Assembly: GCA_049287005.1 (NCBI GenBank)
Contig: JBAQEZ010000003.1
Span: 533,808-597,807, forward strand
Source of the DNA: Candidatus Moraniibacteriota bacterium
GTDB lineage: Bacteria; Patescibacteriota; Minisyncoccia; Moranbacterales; UBA1568
Length of the DNA: 64,000 nucleotides
Reading direction: 5' to 3'
Of the stretch, positions 1-10,278 are shown one piece after another (the stretch's first letter is position 1; each line of letters opens with the position of its first letter). The position numbers and the translations under genes were made by a program. The notes under the pieces are model-generated. The model did not search any database, was not told where the DNA came from, and saw nothing but the letters and a program-made list of their open reading frames with translations.

Positions 1-1
1 T

Positions 2-1057
2 TTTTGGGAAAACTTGAAGGAACTGTACAAAAAAAACCCAGGGAATAGTGCGCTCAATGATGTTGAAGTGATTAGCATGATGATTGGTACGGGGAGCGAA
101 TTCGGAGTGATTGAGTTTGAGAAATGGTATGACATCGGCAATGTCGAGAGCCTGAATCGGGCTCGAACAGAAATCGAAGATTCTTTTCGTATTCTCGATA
201 AGTCAGACGAGTCGATATTTATTTTTGATAAGTTTGTCGTGAAGTTCTTCTTCGATGAGAACGTAGTAGCGCAGCGAGTAGCGAGAGGGGAGATTTTGCA
301 TGGGTTGGTTCCTGACATAGAAGGCGCAACGAAGAACTTCTATCGTTACAAATATGCGAAGGGGCATCTGTATTCGAAGGTCGCCACGCCAATAGACTTT
401 TCCTGTTTTCTCGAGTGGAGCAAGAAGAATCTCTGGAAACCGAGCAAGGAAGTGAGCGCAGAGGCTTTCAACAAGATCTGTTACGATTTCTACTATACGA
501 AGACAGTGGATCGCGTGGAAAAGTTTTTGGCCTCGCGCAAAGTGAAGGATACGGAAATCGTCATCAATGGTGAAAAGGTCCCTACCATCGAAAAAATGCT
601 CAAGATGATCGATTTCGCTGGGTTGTGTGATGCAGAGCAAAGTGGGTTTCATGGGGATTTTATTTTGGATAATCTCCTCAAGAGCAAGAATGGTTATGTG
701 CTGCTCGATTGGCGTCAGAATTTTGGAGGACTGTTGAAATCCGGTGATCTGTATTATGATCTCGCGAAACTGAATCATAATCTTACCGTGAACCATGAGA
801 TCGTGAACAGTGATCTGTTTACCATTGAAATAGGGAAAGATGAGGTAATCTGTGATATTTTTCGGAAAGAAAACCTGGTGCAGTGCCAGAAAGCCTTGTT
901 TGAGTTCTTGGAGAAAAAAGGCTATAATACTAGGAAAGTAAAGATTCTGACGGCTCTCATTTGGCTCAATATGTCACCGCTCCATCATCATCCGTTTGAT
1001 CTCTTTTTGTTCTATTTTGGAAAATTAAACCTCTGGCGAGCGCTCAATGAAAAGTAA
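2..1057 (+). CDS. 5'-truncated bifunctional sugar-1-phosphate nucleotidyltransferase (C-terminal end only) fused to an APH/choline-kinase-fold kinase
   Basis: The frame is open to the window edge. The listed TTG start at 14 is probably internal. The N-terminal segment GTGSEFGVIEFEKWYDIGNVESLNRA matches the G..W.DIG..SL..A end of NTP-transferase domains. Downstream, HGDFILDNLL...LLDW is the Brenner HGDxxxxN catalytic motif of APH/choline/anomeric-sugar kinases. Confidence 0.5.
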   Translation, partial: FWENLKELYKKNPGNSALNDVEVISMMIGTGSEFGVIEFEKWYDIGNVESLNRARTEIEDSFRILDKSDESIFIFDKFVVKFFFDENVVAQRVARGEILHGLVPDIEGATKNFYRYKYAKGHLYSKVATPIDFSCFLEWSKKNLWKPSKEVSAEAFNKICYDFYYTKTVDRVEKFLASRKVKDTEIVINGEKVPTIEKMLKMIDFAGLCDAEQSGFHGDFILDNLLKSKNGYVLLDWRQNFGGLLKSGDLYYDLAKLNHNLTVNHEIVNSDLFTIEIGKDEVICDIFRKENLVQCQKALFEFLEKKGYNTRKVKILTALIWLNMSPLHHHPFDLFLFYFGKLNLWRALNEK

Positions 1058-1586
1058 TATGGAAAAGAAAACGATCAAAAATTTCATATTGGATGTGGAC
1101 GGAGTCTTTACGGATGGGAAGTTCTACTACACCATCGATGGCAAGGTGATGAAAAAATTCGGTCCGGAAGATAACGACGCACTTTCCCTTCTCAGAGACA
1201 AATTGCATCTTCATGCTATTTCAGGGGACAAGAATGGTTTCGCTATTACCAAGAGACGTATTGCTGACGATATGAAGCTCCCACTCGATATGGTGAGTAC
1301 CTTCGAAAGAATGGAGTGGATTCGAGAACGTTTTGATCCGGAAGAAACGATTTACATGGGAGATGGGATATTCGATCCGCTTGTCTTCAAGCACGTTGCC
1401 TACAGCATCGCGCCAGCCAATGCTTTTTATAAGACAAAGGACCTGGCTGATTTCGTGACCAATGCCCGCGGAGGAGAAGGTGCGGTAGCTGAAGCTTGTC
1501 TCCATATACTGGAGAAGTTTTTCGACGAATCATTCGATGTCCATTCATTGAGTTTTGAAAAAGGCTCAGGCGTTTGGAAAAAATAA
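1047..1586 (+). CDS. HAD-superfamily phosphatase of the KdsC family (Kdo-8-P / sialic-acid-9-P phosphatase-like)
   Basis: Has the LDVDGVFTDG motif I and the typical 179 aa length. GDGIFD is motif IV. Confidence 0.7.
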   Translation: MKSNMEKKTIKNFILDVDGVFTDGKFYYTIDGKVMKKFGPEDNDALSLLRDKLHLHAISGDKNGFAITKRRIADDMKLPLDMVSTFERMEWIRERFDPEETIYMGDGIFDPLVFKHVAYSIAPANAFYKTKDLADFVTNARGGEGAVAEACLHILEKFFDESFDVHSLSFEKGSGVWKK

Positions 1587-2298
1587 AGATACAACCATGT
1601 TTGAAAAACCAAATCCTATTGCGAAAAAATATGCTTCAATCGACCTCGCCGGACGCGAGGCTATAAATGAGCAAAATATTCAAGAATTTCTGGGTTTCAG
1701 CGAAGATCTTAAAAGAAATTTTACTGGTGTGATGGAGTTTGTGCTTGAATCCCAGCAAGTGGTGCAAGAGCGTATTCTGTCCCGGCTTGAAACAATCGGC
1801 GCCGAATGTGGAATAGATTTTTTACTTGCCGGCAGAGATTATCCTCTCCACTCTACGATTCTAGAAGGAAGAGCTGGAGAAGATTTAGATGAGCAGGAGA
1901 GAAATGATACTTTTGTAAGTATAGGTGAGACAGAGGGCTTTAAACAGGCCATGACACCATTAGAAGGGATAGATTTAGAATACAAGTATTTGCTTATTGA
2001 TAAGGGTAATATACTCTTGACGGCTATGGATATCCCGGATGAAATAATAAAAGCGAGAGCAAGTCTGTCCGCACTGTACGCTGATTATGGGTTGGCACCA
2101 CGACCGCTTGAAAATATTTTGCACATAAGCCTTGCGAGAATTGTAAAATTACCTAAAGATGGAAATACTGCAGTAATGTTAGAAAAATATAAAAGAGAAA
2201 TGATAAAATTACGCCATGCAATTTCTGTGGATCCGCTTGTATTGGAAGTATCAAATATTTCAAAGGGGTCAACTTATGAAATTTTAACTCGCTCATAG
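1555..2298 (+). CDS. hypothetical protein
   Basis: Long ORF co-oriented in the operon with no recognised motif. The start may be the internal Met at 1597. Confidence 0.35.
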   Translation: MKKAQAFGKNKDTTMFEKPNPIAKKYASIDLAGREAINEQNIQEFLGFSEDLKRNFTGVMEFVLESQQVVQERILSRLETIGAECGIDFLLAGRDYPLHSTILEGRAGEDLDEQERNDTFVSIGETEGFKQAMTPLEGIDLEYKYLLIDKGNILLTAMDIPDEIIKARASLSALYADYGLAPRPLENILHISLARIVKLPKDGNTAVMLEKYKREMIKLRHAISVDPLVLEVSNISKGSTYEILTRS

Positions 2299-2362
2299 AA
2301 ACTTGAAACATTATGGAATATTTCGATGTGCATTCGCTTGATTTGGAAAATGGATCAGGTGT

Positions 2363-3403
2363 ATGGAAAAAACAGTAATAAATGTAAAGAAATTAAATAG
2401 TATGGAGTCAAGTATCTCTCAAAAAGCTGCTTATCAGATCAATATGAATGATGCGGTAAGCGCGAAAGAATCAGATTGGGTTCAAGCATGTATTGACGCA
2501 GCAAAAAATAATGATTATTATCGTACCTTTCGTTCTTCCGTGGCTTTTCAACGTGTTATTGAGGGAACTCCAATAGTAGGGGGAATATGGAATTTGAAGC
2601 GTTTATTGAGGAGGGATAAGTTTCTTAGGGCTCTGCCTCTTATTCAGCTTTCAGATACAGTGGGATTGCCTCTAAATATGATTGATTTTATAGCGCCTTC
2701 CTCTGGTGAAAAAAACGTTCCGACAACGTACAGTCTTTCCCCGACGACGATCCGCTATGCAAACAATGCTTTGAATTGTTCCGCTCTCTTCGGGGACACC
2801 ATTTTTAATGGCGAAGTTGAGGTATGTGAAATTGGCTCGGGATACGGAGGCGAGTGTAAGGCTTTCAATGATTTTGCAGTGACTCTATCCGGATCAAGGC
2901 TAGGGGAGAAGTGGCACATATATGATCTTCCGTCTTCCCGGGGAATAATCGAGCGATTTTTATCTCATTTTCATTATTCGGCTAGCTTTGATGAATTAAA
3001 TTCTTCCTCGAAGAATAGCAACGATACCCTTGTAATCTCAAATGGGGCGTTTTCGGAAATGACAGGCTCTTTACTTGATGCATATTTTGACTCTGTAATT
3101 GCCACTGCTAAATTCGGATATTTTATAACAAACTTTGAGATTCATTCTGCGCCACATGGAGGGTGGACTACGGCAGAATTTATCAAGCGCTTACGAACAT
3201 GTGGAAAAACAGATGTAGCGATTTTGCCTACCGCTGAATATCTCAGCTACTTTGATCAGCAAGCGAAAAGCAGTTTAATTGTTTTTGGTCATACTGGCGC
3301 GAGAAAAGATAGTACAACATTCAGTGACATTGTTAAGATACGCTTGATCTCAATTATGAGGGAGGCCTTAGGTGCTTTTCAGCGGTTTTTTATGAGACAC
3401 TAA
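2363..3403 (+). CDS. hypothetical protein, possibly a divergent methyltransferase-like protein
   Basis: VCEIGSGYGGE resembles a class-I SAM-binding motif I. Otherwise unrecognised. Confidence 0.35.
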   Translation: MEKTVINVKKLNSMESSISQKAAYQINMNDAVSAKESDWVQACIDAAKNNDYYRTFRSSVAFQRVIEGTPIVGGIWNLKRLLRRDKFLRALPLIQLSDTVGLPLNMIDFIAPSSGEKNVPTTYSLSPTTIRYANNALNCSALFGDTIFNGEVEVCEIGSGYGGECKAFNDFAVTLSGSRLGEKWHIYDLPSSRGIIERFLSHFHYSASFDELNSSSKNSNDTLVISNGAFSEMTGSLLDAYFDSVIATAKFGYFITNFEIHSAPHGGWTTAEFIKRLRTCGKTDVAILPTAEYLSYFDQQAKSSLIVFGHTGARKDSTTFSDIVKIRLISIMREALGAFQRFFMRH

Positions 3404-3427
3404 GAAGTTATTTACTATCGCTATTTT

Positions 3428-4555
3428 ATGCAATACATTACTCGAAAAAAAAGCGTTGTTACCGGAAAAGATAATCTTGAACCACTCTATACATTTAAAG
3501 ATTTTCCGGTATTTTTTGGCTGCGTAGAACACGGCTCCGAGAAAGATATCAAAGCTGATATGAGTTGGGCAATATGTCCGGAATCGGGTGTAATTCAGCT
3601 TGATAAGCTCATCCCGCTTGATATCCTCTATCAGGAACAGCACGTTGACGGAACCGGTCCGACATGGGAGCAGTATTACCATGATTTTGCCGATTATATA
3701 AAGGAGCAACCCTCGAAGGATATTCTTGAGATCGGTGGCGGTGCCGGGAAGCTCGCCGATATTTTCACGGGCATTACCGAGGAAACGTCTTGGACTCTCG
3801 TTGAACCCAATCCTTTGCACCCGGGGAACGATCGGGTCAAGATTACACGTGCTTTTTTTGATGAAAATTTCAAGTATGAGGGAGATGTGGATACGGTGGT
3901 TTTTTCACAGGTAATGGAACATGCCTACGATCCGAATCAATTCGTGAAATCCATAGCGAAATTCCTGAAGCCAGGTCAAAAACTCATTTGTGCCTATCCG
4001 AATCTGAAATTGTGGCTCGAAAATAAATACACGAACGCAATAAATTTCGAACATACGATGTTTTTAACTGATTATTTTGTCGATTATCTTTTTGTGAAGC
4101 ACGGCTTTGTCATAAAGGACAAGTACTTCTATAAGGATCATAGTATATTCTATGTTGCGGAAAAGCTGGAACAGCCGGCAGTCGCAACCTTCGAAAACCA
4201 ATACATGGAATACAAAAAAATATTCAATGATTTCATCCAATATCACCAGGATATCGTGAAGAACTTGAATGAGAAAATATCCGATTTTGATGGCGAGGTG
4301 TATGTCTTCGGGGCTCATATTTTTGCGCAGTATCTTTTCGCGTTCGGATTAGACCAAGCAAAAATTGTTTCACTGCTTGATAATTCAGGTCTGAAAAAAG
4401 AAAAGCGTCTTTATGGTACAAACTTGATCGTTCATGGACCGGAAATTCTGCGAGGTAAGGGGAAAGTCGGCGTAGTGTTAAAGGTCGGTATATATCGGGA
4501 TGAGATATTGAAGCAGCTGAAAGAAATTAATCCAGAGGTCGTAATCTTTGAATGA
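3428..4555 (+). CDS. class-I SAM-dependent methyltransferase
   Basis: ILEIGGGAGKLADIF is motif I. An acidic residue follows at the end of beta2 in ...LVEPNP. Likely a sugar O- or C-methyltransferase. Confidence 0.55.
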   Translation: MQYITRKKSVVTGKDNLEPLYTFKDFPVFFGCVEHGSEKDIKADMSWAICPESGVIQLDKLIPLDILYQEQHVDGTGPTWEQYYHDFADYIKEQPSKDILEIGGGAGKLADIFTGITEETSWTLVEPNPLHPGNDRVKITRAFFDENFKYEGDVDTVVFSQVMEHAYDPNQFVKSIAKFLKPGQKLICAYPNLKLWLENKYTNAINFEHTMFLTDYFVDYLFVKHGFVIKDKYFYKDHSIFYVAEKLEQPAVATFENQYMEYKKIFNDFIQYHQDIVKNLNEKISDFDGEVYVFGAHIFAQYLFAFGLDQAKIVSLLDNSGLKKEKRLYGTNLIVHGPEILRGKGKVGVVLKVGIYRDEILKQLKEINPEVVIFE

Positions 4556-5696
4556 AATGGTTACCGCAATCTGCAATGTTTTTATAAATTCGGATCTTAA
4601 GCTTAGATTGTTCAAACAGACATTTCCGCGTGTATACGGTGTTTCTGATAATTGGTTGATAAATATTCGAGGAAAGTACCGCGAGGATGTCGCAAGATAT
4701 GTTCAGGAAACTTTTGAGGATGCCGAAAAGAATTGTATTTTTTTCTCTGGACTCGACGATAGAGATTGGGCGAAAAGCACTCGGAAAATACTTGCGTGTT
4801 CAAAATATGACTATGTTTATGTTTTCCTTGAAGATCACTTCCTTTTAAAACCACTTGACCATTTCAGGGATGTCATTCAGGATATGATGGATTCGAAGAT
4901 TGAATATTTCGGATATTCCTTTTTTAATATCGGTTTGAGTGTTCAGAGTGCCGAAGGACTTTATCCCGATTACTCAAAACATTTTTTCTCTTTTCAATTG
5001 GAGAAGAAAAATATTGAGTCTCTAAAGAAGAGTAACCGTCATTTCTACCCCTATTCATTGGCAGGGATTTGTACGAAAAAATATTTTCAAAAGTTATTAA
5101 TAATTGAGAATAAACTTGTAATAAAAGTACCCATCTTTGTGCAGGCAGCGATGGAAAACATCTTCTTTTTTTATCCAAGAAATCGCACTTTTTGGTTCAA
5201 TATAAATAAGTTTACTTCGAAATTAGGTATTCGATTTGCTATCTATCCTTCGGAGACTCCTTTTAATTTGGAAAAATCGCTCTTTGATTGCGATTTGGAG
5301 CTATTGCCACTTAAAGTAGGCGGTTTGAGGGAAGAGCTTTTCGCTAATTGGGATGATGACAACAAGCTGAGCAATTCATCTTTGATCAAGCGTGGCTTAT
5401 ATCCTGAATATCTTCGTAGCAAGAATCCGATTACAACCAAGCTGATCGATGGTAAGGATTTTGCCCTTGCCAAAGGTCAGAGCAGTAGTCATCAGTATTG
5501 TCCTGATGTCAGTCGGGTTCAAGAATTGCCAATGAAATATATCCATATTAAGAAAGGGTCGCTTAAAGTATCATCAATCAGAGAATCATTCGTATTGAAT
5601 GAAGGGCAATCTGTATGGATTTTTGCGAATATTCCTCACGTTTTATGCGCTGATGAGGATTGTATGTTTCAAGTGTATTTAGACAGCGGTTTGTAG
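4548..5696 (+). CDS. hypothetical protein
   Basis: 382-aa ORF in the operon with no recognised motif. Confidence 0.4.
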   Translation: MNEMVTAICNVFINSDLKLRLFKQTFPRVYGVSDNWLINIRGKYREDVARYVQETFEDAEKNCIFFSGLDDRDWAKSTRKILACSKYDYVYVFLEDHFLLKPLDHFRDVIQDMMDSKIEYFGYSFFNIGLSVQSAEGLYPDYSKHFFSFQLEKKNIESLKKSNRHFYPYSLAGICTKKYFQKLLIIENKLVIKVPIFVQAAMENIFFFYPRNRTFWFNINKFTSKLGIRFAIYPSETPFNLEKSLFDCDLELLPLKVGGLREELFANWDDDNKLSNSSLIKRGLYPEYLRSKNPITTKLIDGKDFALAKGQSSSHQYCPDVSRVQELPMKYIHIKKGSLKVSSIRESFVLNEGQSVWIFANIPHVLCADEDCMFQVYLDSGL

Positions 5697-5759
5697 TAGA
5701 ATAGATATGCTATTGAAATAATTTGTAAAAAAGCATTGGTTATTTTTGATATTAAGAAT

Positions 5760-6737
5760 ATGAAAAAAACAGCACTCATAACAGGAATTTTAGGTCAGGA
5801 CGGTCCATATCTTGCCAAGCTATTATTGGAAAAGGACTATGAAGTTTATGGGCTCATAAGGCGTTATGCTAACCCGAATTTTAGCAATACTGATTATCTT
5901 GGAATTACAGATAAGATCAATTTCATATCAGGAGACATGACAGATGAGTCCTCATTGATTAATCTTATTAAGACCATCCGTCCAGATGAAGTGTATAATT
6001 TGGCAGCGCAGTCTTTTGTCGGAGCATCATGGGATCAATCGAAGGTTACAACGGAGATAAACGCATTGGGCGTTCTTTACTTACTCAATGCGATAAAATA
6101 TTTTTCGCCAACGACGAAATTTTATCAAGCATCAACAAGTGAAATGTTTGGGAACAGTCACACCGAAGGATTACAGACAGAAGAAACTCCCTTTCATCCG
6201 AGAAGCCCGTACGCTATCGCTAAACTCTATGCGTATTGGATGACTATCAATTTCAAGGAGAGCTACGGTATGTATTGTGCAAATGGAATACTTTTCAATC
6301 ATGAATCTCCTATTCGAGGAATGGAGTTTGTCACAAGAAAAATAACCGATGGCGTGGCTAGAATAAAATTAGGACTAGCAAAAGAAATACGCTTAGGGAA
6401 TCTTGACAGTAAGCGCGACTGGGGATTCGCTGGTGATTACGTAGCGGCAATGTGGCTTATGCTGCAACAAGAAAATCCTGATAATTATATTGTTTCAACC
6501 GGAGAAACTCACTCGATCAGGGATTTTCTTGATATCGCCTTTAAGTATGTTGGCATCAAGGATTGGAAGAAATATGTAAAGCTTGATCCGCGATTCAAAA
6601 GACCGGCCGAATTGTTCTCATTACATGGAACAAGTGATAAAGCGAAAAAAGTATTGGGATGGGAACCAAAGGTGAAATTTGAAGAGTTAGTCAAAATGAT
6701 GGTTGATGCAGATATGAAAAGATTATCAGAAAAATAA
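5760..6737 (+). CDS. gmd: GDP-mannose 4,6-dehydratase
   Basis: Has MKKTALITGILGQDGPYLAKLLLEKDYEVYGLIRR and YxxxK (YAIAKLYAYW). These are highly characteristic of GMD. The start is placed at the internal Met. The longest ORF begins at 5736. Confidence 0.85.
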   Translation: MKKTALITGILGQDGPYLAKLLLEKDYEVYGLIRRYANPNFSNTDYLGITDKINFISGDMTDESSLINLIKTIRPDEVYNLAAQSFVGASWDQSKVTTEINALGVLYLLNAIKYFSPTTKFYQASTSEMFGNSHTEGLQTEETPFHPRSPYAIAKLYAYWMTINFKESYGMYCANGILFNHESPIRGMEFVTRKITDGVARIKLGLAKEIRLGNLDSKRDWGFAGDYVAAMWLMLQQENPDNYIVSTGETHSIRDFLDIAFKYVGIKDWKKYVKLDPRFKRPAELFSLHGTSDKAKKVLGWEPKVKFEELVKMMVDADMKRLSEK

Positions 6738-6741
6738 TCTC

Positions 6742-7620
6742 ATGGAACTTGAGACTGAAACAATGAGAGAAAACAAGCCGTTGCTTTCTATTGTGATGGC
6801 TGTTTACAATAGCGGAGAATATCTTCGTGAATCAATTGAAAGCGTGTTGTCGCAGACATACACGCATTTTGAGTTTATCATTGTTAACGATGACTCTTCT
6901 GATGGAAGCGAAGGCATTATTCGTGAATATGCTGCAAAAGATAAAAGGGTCGTTTATTTGAAAAATGATGCGAATCTGAGACAATCTGAAACGAGAAATA
7001 AGGCAATTAGGCTTGCCAAAGGGGAGATGATTGCAATTGTCGATTCTGATGATATCTGTGTTGTAGATAGGTTTGAGAGGCAAGTAAATTTTTTTAATGA
7101 GAATCCTGATACGGATGTTTTAGGTACTGACTACTGCATATTTTTTAATGACACGGTTAAAGAATGTGATTCGGTCGTATCGGCAAACGCAGATGATATT
7201 TATGATGCGAAACCGCCGGTGCATAACCCGACTTGCTTGATGAAGAAGAATGTTTTCATGCAGTATGGGTATTATGACTCGAAATATGATAATGCTGAAG
7301 ATGTTGAGTTATGGTTCCGATGGTTTTCACAAGGCGTACGTTTTGCTAACCTTCATGAGGTGCTTTATAAGAAAAGGACGCACGAAGGATCAGTGAGCAT
7401 ATCGAAGATTATGGATCAGATTTATCTGATGCTCAAAGTAGATATGATCGCGATATTTCGGAATCATATACGATTTACGCGCAAGGGGTATTTACATGTA
7501 CTGGAGCAGTTGTTTTACTTGGTGTATCTTTTTCTAAAACTTGATCGGCTTTATGTAAGAAACAAAGTCGTTCATAATATAAAACGGAGGGCCCAGAGAT
7601 CAGGCTCAGCTGTAAACTAA
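6742..7620 (+). CDS. family 2 glycosyltransferase
   Basis: LSIVMAVYNSGEYLRESIESVLSQTYTHFEFIIVNDDSSDGS. DSDD gives the DxD motif. Confidence 0.75.
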   Translation: MELETETMRENKPLLSIVMAVYNSGEYLRESIESVLSQTYTHFEFIIVNDDSSDGSEGIIREYAAKDKRVVYLKNDANLRQSETRNKAIRLAKGEMIAIVDSDDICVVDRFERQVNFFNENPDTDVLGTDYCIFFNDTVKECDSVVSANADDIYDAKPPVHNPTCLMKKNVFMQYGYYDSKYDNAEDVELWFRWFSQGVRFANLHEVLYKKRTHEGSVSISKIMDQIYLMLKVDMIAIFRNHIRFTRKGYLHVLEQLFYLVYLFLKLDRLYVRNKVVHNIKRRAQRSGSAVN

Positions 7621-7631
7621 CAAACAAACAC

Positions 7632-8369
7632 GTGAATAATAAAAAAATATTCGATAACTATCTGACAGGTCACTATGCTGCCTGCGAGAAAACAAACTTC
7701 AATAAGATCGATGATGTTTTGCAGCTGTTGAAAAAAAACAGTAGGGTGCTCGATTATAATTTAGCTGATTTTTTTAAGGTTCATGTCGGAAAAGAAAAAC
7801 ATATTTTAGATCTGGGATGCGGGTATGGGAGTTTCTTGTATTTTCTCCAATCGCACGGGTATAAGAATGTTTCGGGAGTTGATATCTCTACTGAAGAAAT
7901 CAATATTTGCAAAAAGATATTCCCATCATTTAAATTCTCTCAATTGGATATTTTTAACTTTCTTAAGAGTGCCAATGAGAAATTCGATGTTATCTATCTT
8001 TCCCATGTATTGGAGCATATAAAGAAAGATCAGCTGTTTGATTTTCTCGCAAGCGTAAAAAACACTTTGACTGATGATGGGATTTTTATTATCATTGTTC
8101 CGAACAGTTCGGCATATTTTAATTCCGCGGCAAATAGATATGGAGACATTACTCATGAATTAGGGTTCAATGAAATCAGTTTGAGACAACTGCTTATGGT
8201 AGCTGAATTTAAAAATATAGACATCCGTAATTATTTTGGCGCAAGTAGCATCTGGCTACGCGTTTGCAGGAAAATGGCACTTTTTGCTTTTGAGACTTTT
8301 ATCCAAGTTTTGGGATACGAAAAACAGAATACATATACCCCAAGCATTCAGGCCCTCATTAGGAAATAA
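7632..8369 (+). CDS. class-I SAM-dependent methyltransferase
   Basis: ILDLGCGYGSFLYFL is motif I. Confidence 0.7.
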   Translation: MNNKKIFDNYLTGHYAACEKTNFNKIDDVLQLLKKNSRVLDYNLADFFKVHVGKEKHILDLGCGYGSFLYFLQSHGYKNVSGVDISTEEINICKKIFPSFKFSQLDIFNFLKSANEKFDVIYLSHVLEHIKKDQLFDFLASVKNTLTDDGIFIIIVPNSSAYFNSAANRYGDITHELGFNEISLRQLLMVAEFKNIDIRNYFGASSIWLRVCRKMALFAFETFIQVLGYEKQNTYTPSIQALIRK

Positions 8370-8378
8370 AGACGCGGC

Positions 8379-9395
8379 CTATTTTGTGATATAGTGGTAT
8401 ATTTCGTTCGCTGTTTTTCCCCAATGAAATTCTTTGGCTCTCAAGAGACCATTATCGATGAGCGTTCTTCGGTACACATCATCCAAAAGGATTTTTTTGC
8501 ATTCTGCGGCTATAGAATTGGGATCTAATGGATTTACGGTGTATCGTTCCGCACCGACAAGCTCCTTCATAGGATTTCTATCGGATGTAACCACTGGACA
8601 TCCGCATGCCATGGCCTCTACGATTGGTAATCCAAAACCCTCCAGTAAGGATGGGAACAATAGAAGTTTTGCTCCAGAATAAATTTTTGGCAGCTCTTTT
8701 TCTTCTATATAATCCGTAAAAATAACACTTTCTATTAACCGGAGTTTCTTGATGTAGCGCATCGTTTCGTCTCTGTTTTTGTTACTTACCTTACCAACTT
8801 TAAGTAATTTTAGATTTGGGAAATCTTTTTTCAGTATCTGGAAAGATTTCAGGGTATTTTCCATATTTTTCCTTGGTTCCTCAGATCCCACACTAAGAAT
8901 ATAATCATAAGGATATATTTTTGATGTCGTAGGTTTGAATAAATCATGATCTATTCCACAATAGATAACTTTGCATTTTTTGGTATTTACGCCTAATAAC
9001 TCTAATTGCGACAATGAAAAATTAGAGATACAAATGATTCCATCAAATTTGTTCAGGATTTTTTGGTAGGATATGAATGGAAGAAATTTATAATAAAATG
9101 GATCATTTTCATAGTGATAGAAAACGATGTATTTTTTATTGCGAACAAATAAGGATGCAATGGTGTTGAATGACAACGGATCTGTAAATAAGAGAATATC
9201 ATCATTACGAACGAGGAAGATTATTTTAATTGTATTGAAGATTTCGAGAATAAAGTTAAAAAATGAACTACGGAATCGCTTGTTATCGAGAAAGACATGA
9301 CCAATGTTAGGCCATTTCTTTTTTAGAGCCAAAAGAAGAGACTTATTATATATGTTTATGGCATCTGATCTCTTTTCAACAATCACTTTTATCAT
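8379..9395 (-). CDS. family 4 (GT-B) glycosyltransferase
   Basis: EGFGLPIVEAMACGCPVVTSD has the EX7E motif region. The start is placed at MIKVIVEK. The longer ORF reaching 9500 overlaps the upstream gene. Confidence 0.75.
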   Translation of the reverse strand: MIKVIVEKRSDAINIYNKSLLLALKKKWPNIGHVFLDNKRFRSSFFNFILEIFNTIKIIFLVRNDDILLFTDPLSFNTIASLFVRNKKYIVFYHYENDPFYYKFLPFISYQKILNKFDGIICISNFSLSQLELLGVNTKKCKVIYCGIDHDLFKPTTSKIYPYDYILSVGSEEPRKNMENTLKSFQILKKDFPNLKLLKVGKVSNKNRDETMRYIKKLRLIESVIFTDYIEEKELPKIYSGAKLLLFPSLLEGFGLPIVEAMACGCPVVTSDRNPMKELVGAERYTVNPLDPNSIAAECKKILLDDVYRRTLIDNGLLRAKEFHWGKTANEIYHYITK

Positions 9396-9418
9396 AGTAT
9401 TTTTATGGATGCTCGGAA

Positions 9419-10270
9419 TTATTCTTCGGATGAATATTCCTCTGCAATGAAGAGAAATTCGTTGCATCCGATGCTTCTTGCAGGATTCATTTTTATGCAT
9501 TTAAATCCAAGTTTTTTAAAATAGGAAATGATTTTTTCGGATGAGGCATATTCGTATGGATATCCGCCGAGCCAGTCCTTGATATCAGTCATGAAGTCCA
9601 TCCCGCGCAAGGAAGAATAATTTCTTATATAGGAAATGGGATTTCCGAAATGCACGGTAAGTCCGACAGCATAATAGGCGATATAGATGGCCTCGATGGC
9701 CTTCTTTTCGATCCAATTGCTTCTGTTGTAGATTCTTTTGACTTTGACCCAGAAATTTGACGTTCCTTCCATAAACCTCTGATTGTCATTGTAGAGAGCA
9801 GTGTAGAGTTTCCCATCGGGGGCAACTAAAGAAGTAATGTTTTTCAGCGCCTGATACATCTTGCCGGTATGATGGAGCACGCCCCAAGAATAAACGATGT
9901 CAAATACGCCGAGTGATTTCATAAACTCTTGATCGAGAGCTGATCCCGTTCTGATTCCCCATTGTTTCGGCCCCCCATTCTTTTCGTGAAGGTATTTGAC
10001 GCACGCCACAGAAGAGTCATCAATATCGACACTGACTATTTTTTTTGCTCCGAGTCGGTAGGCTGCTAATGAAAAGAGGCCGCTCCCACAGCCGATATCG
10101 ACAAATGTTTTTCCTACGATATTTTCCTTACCGCCAAGGAAATCAACGAGCGACTTTTCGGCTTCTCCTATTCTCTTTTCATTGAGACTTTTGAGAAAAT
10201 TTTTCCAATTTTTTCCGAAGCTGAAATGCTGAGGATTTTTATAGCTTTCTTCGTAGAGTTCATTTTTCAT
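9419..10270 (-). CDS. class-I SAM-dependent methyltransferase
   Basis: FVDIGCGSGLFSLAA is motif I. The start is placed at MKNELY. The longest ORF reaches 10312. Confidence 0.65.
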   Translation of the reverse strand: MKNELYEESYKNPQHFSFGKNWKNFLKSLNEKRIGEAEKSLVDFLGGKENIVGKTFVDIGCGSGLFSLAAYRLGAKKIVSVDIDDSSVACVKYLHEKNGGPKQWGIRTGSALDQEFMKSLGVFDIVYSWGVLHHTGKMYQALKNITSLVAPDGKLYTALYNDNQRFMEGTSNFWVKVKRIYNRSNWIEKKAIEAIYIAYYAVGLTVHFGNPISYIRNYSSLRGMDFMTDIKDWLGGYPYEYASSEKIISYFKKLGFKCIKMNPARSIGCNEFLFIAEEYSSEE

Positions 10271-10278
10271 ATGGTGTT

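Noticed and set aside
203-796. 197-aa minus-strand ORF inside the kinase fusion gene
   Set aside because: It is an antisense shadow. The sense strand has the HGDxxxxN kinase motif and operon context.
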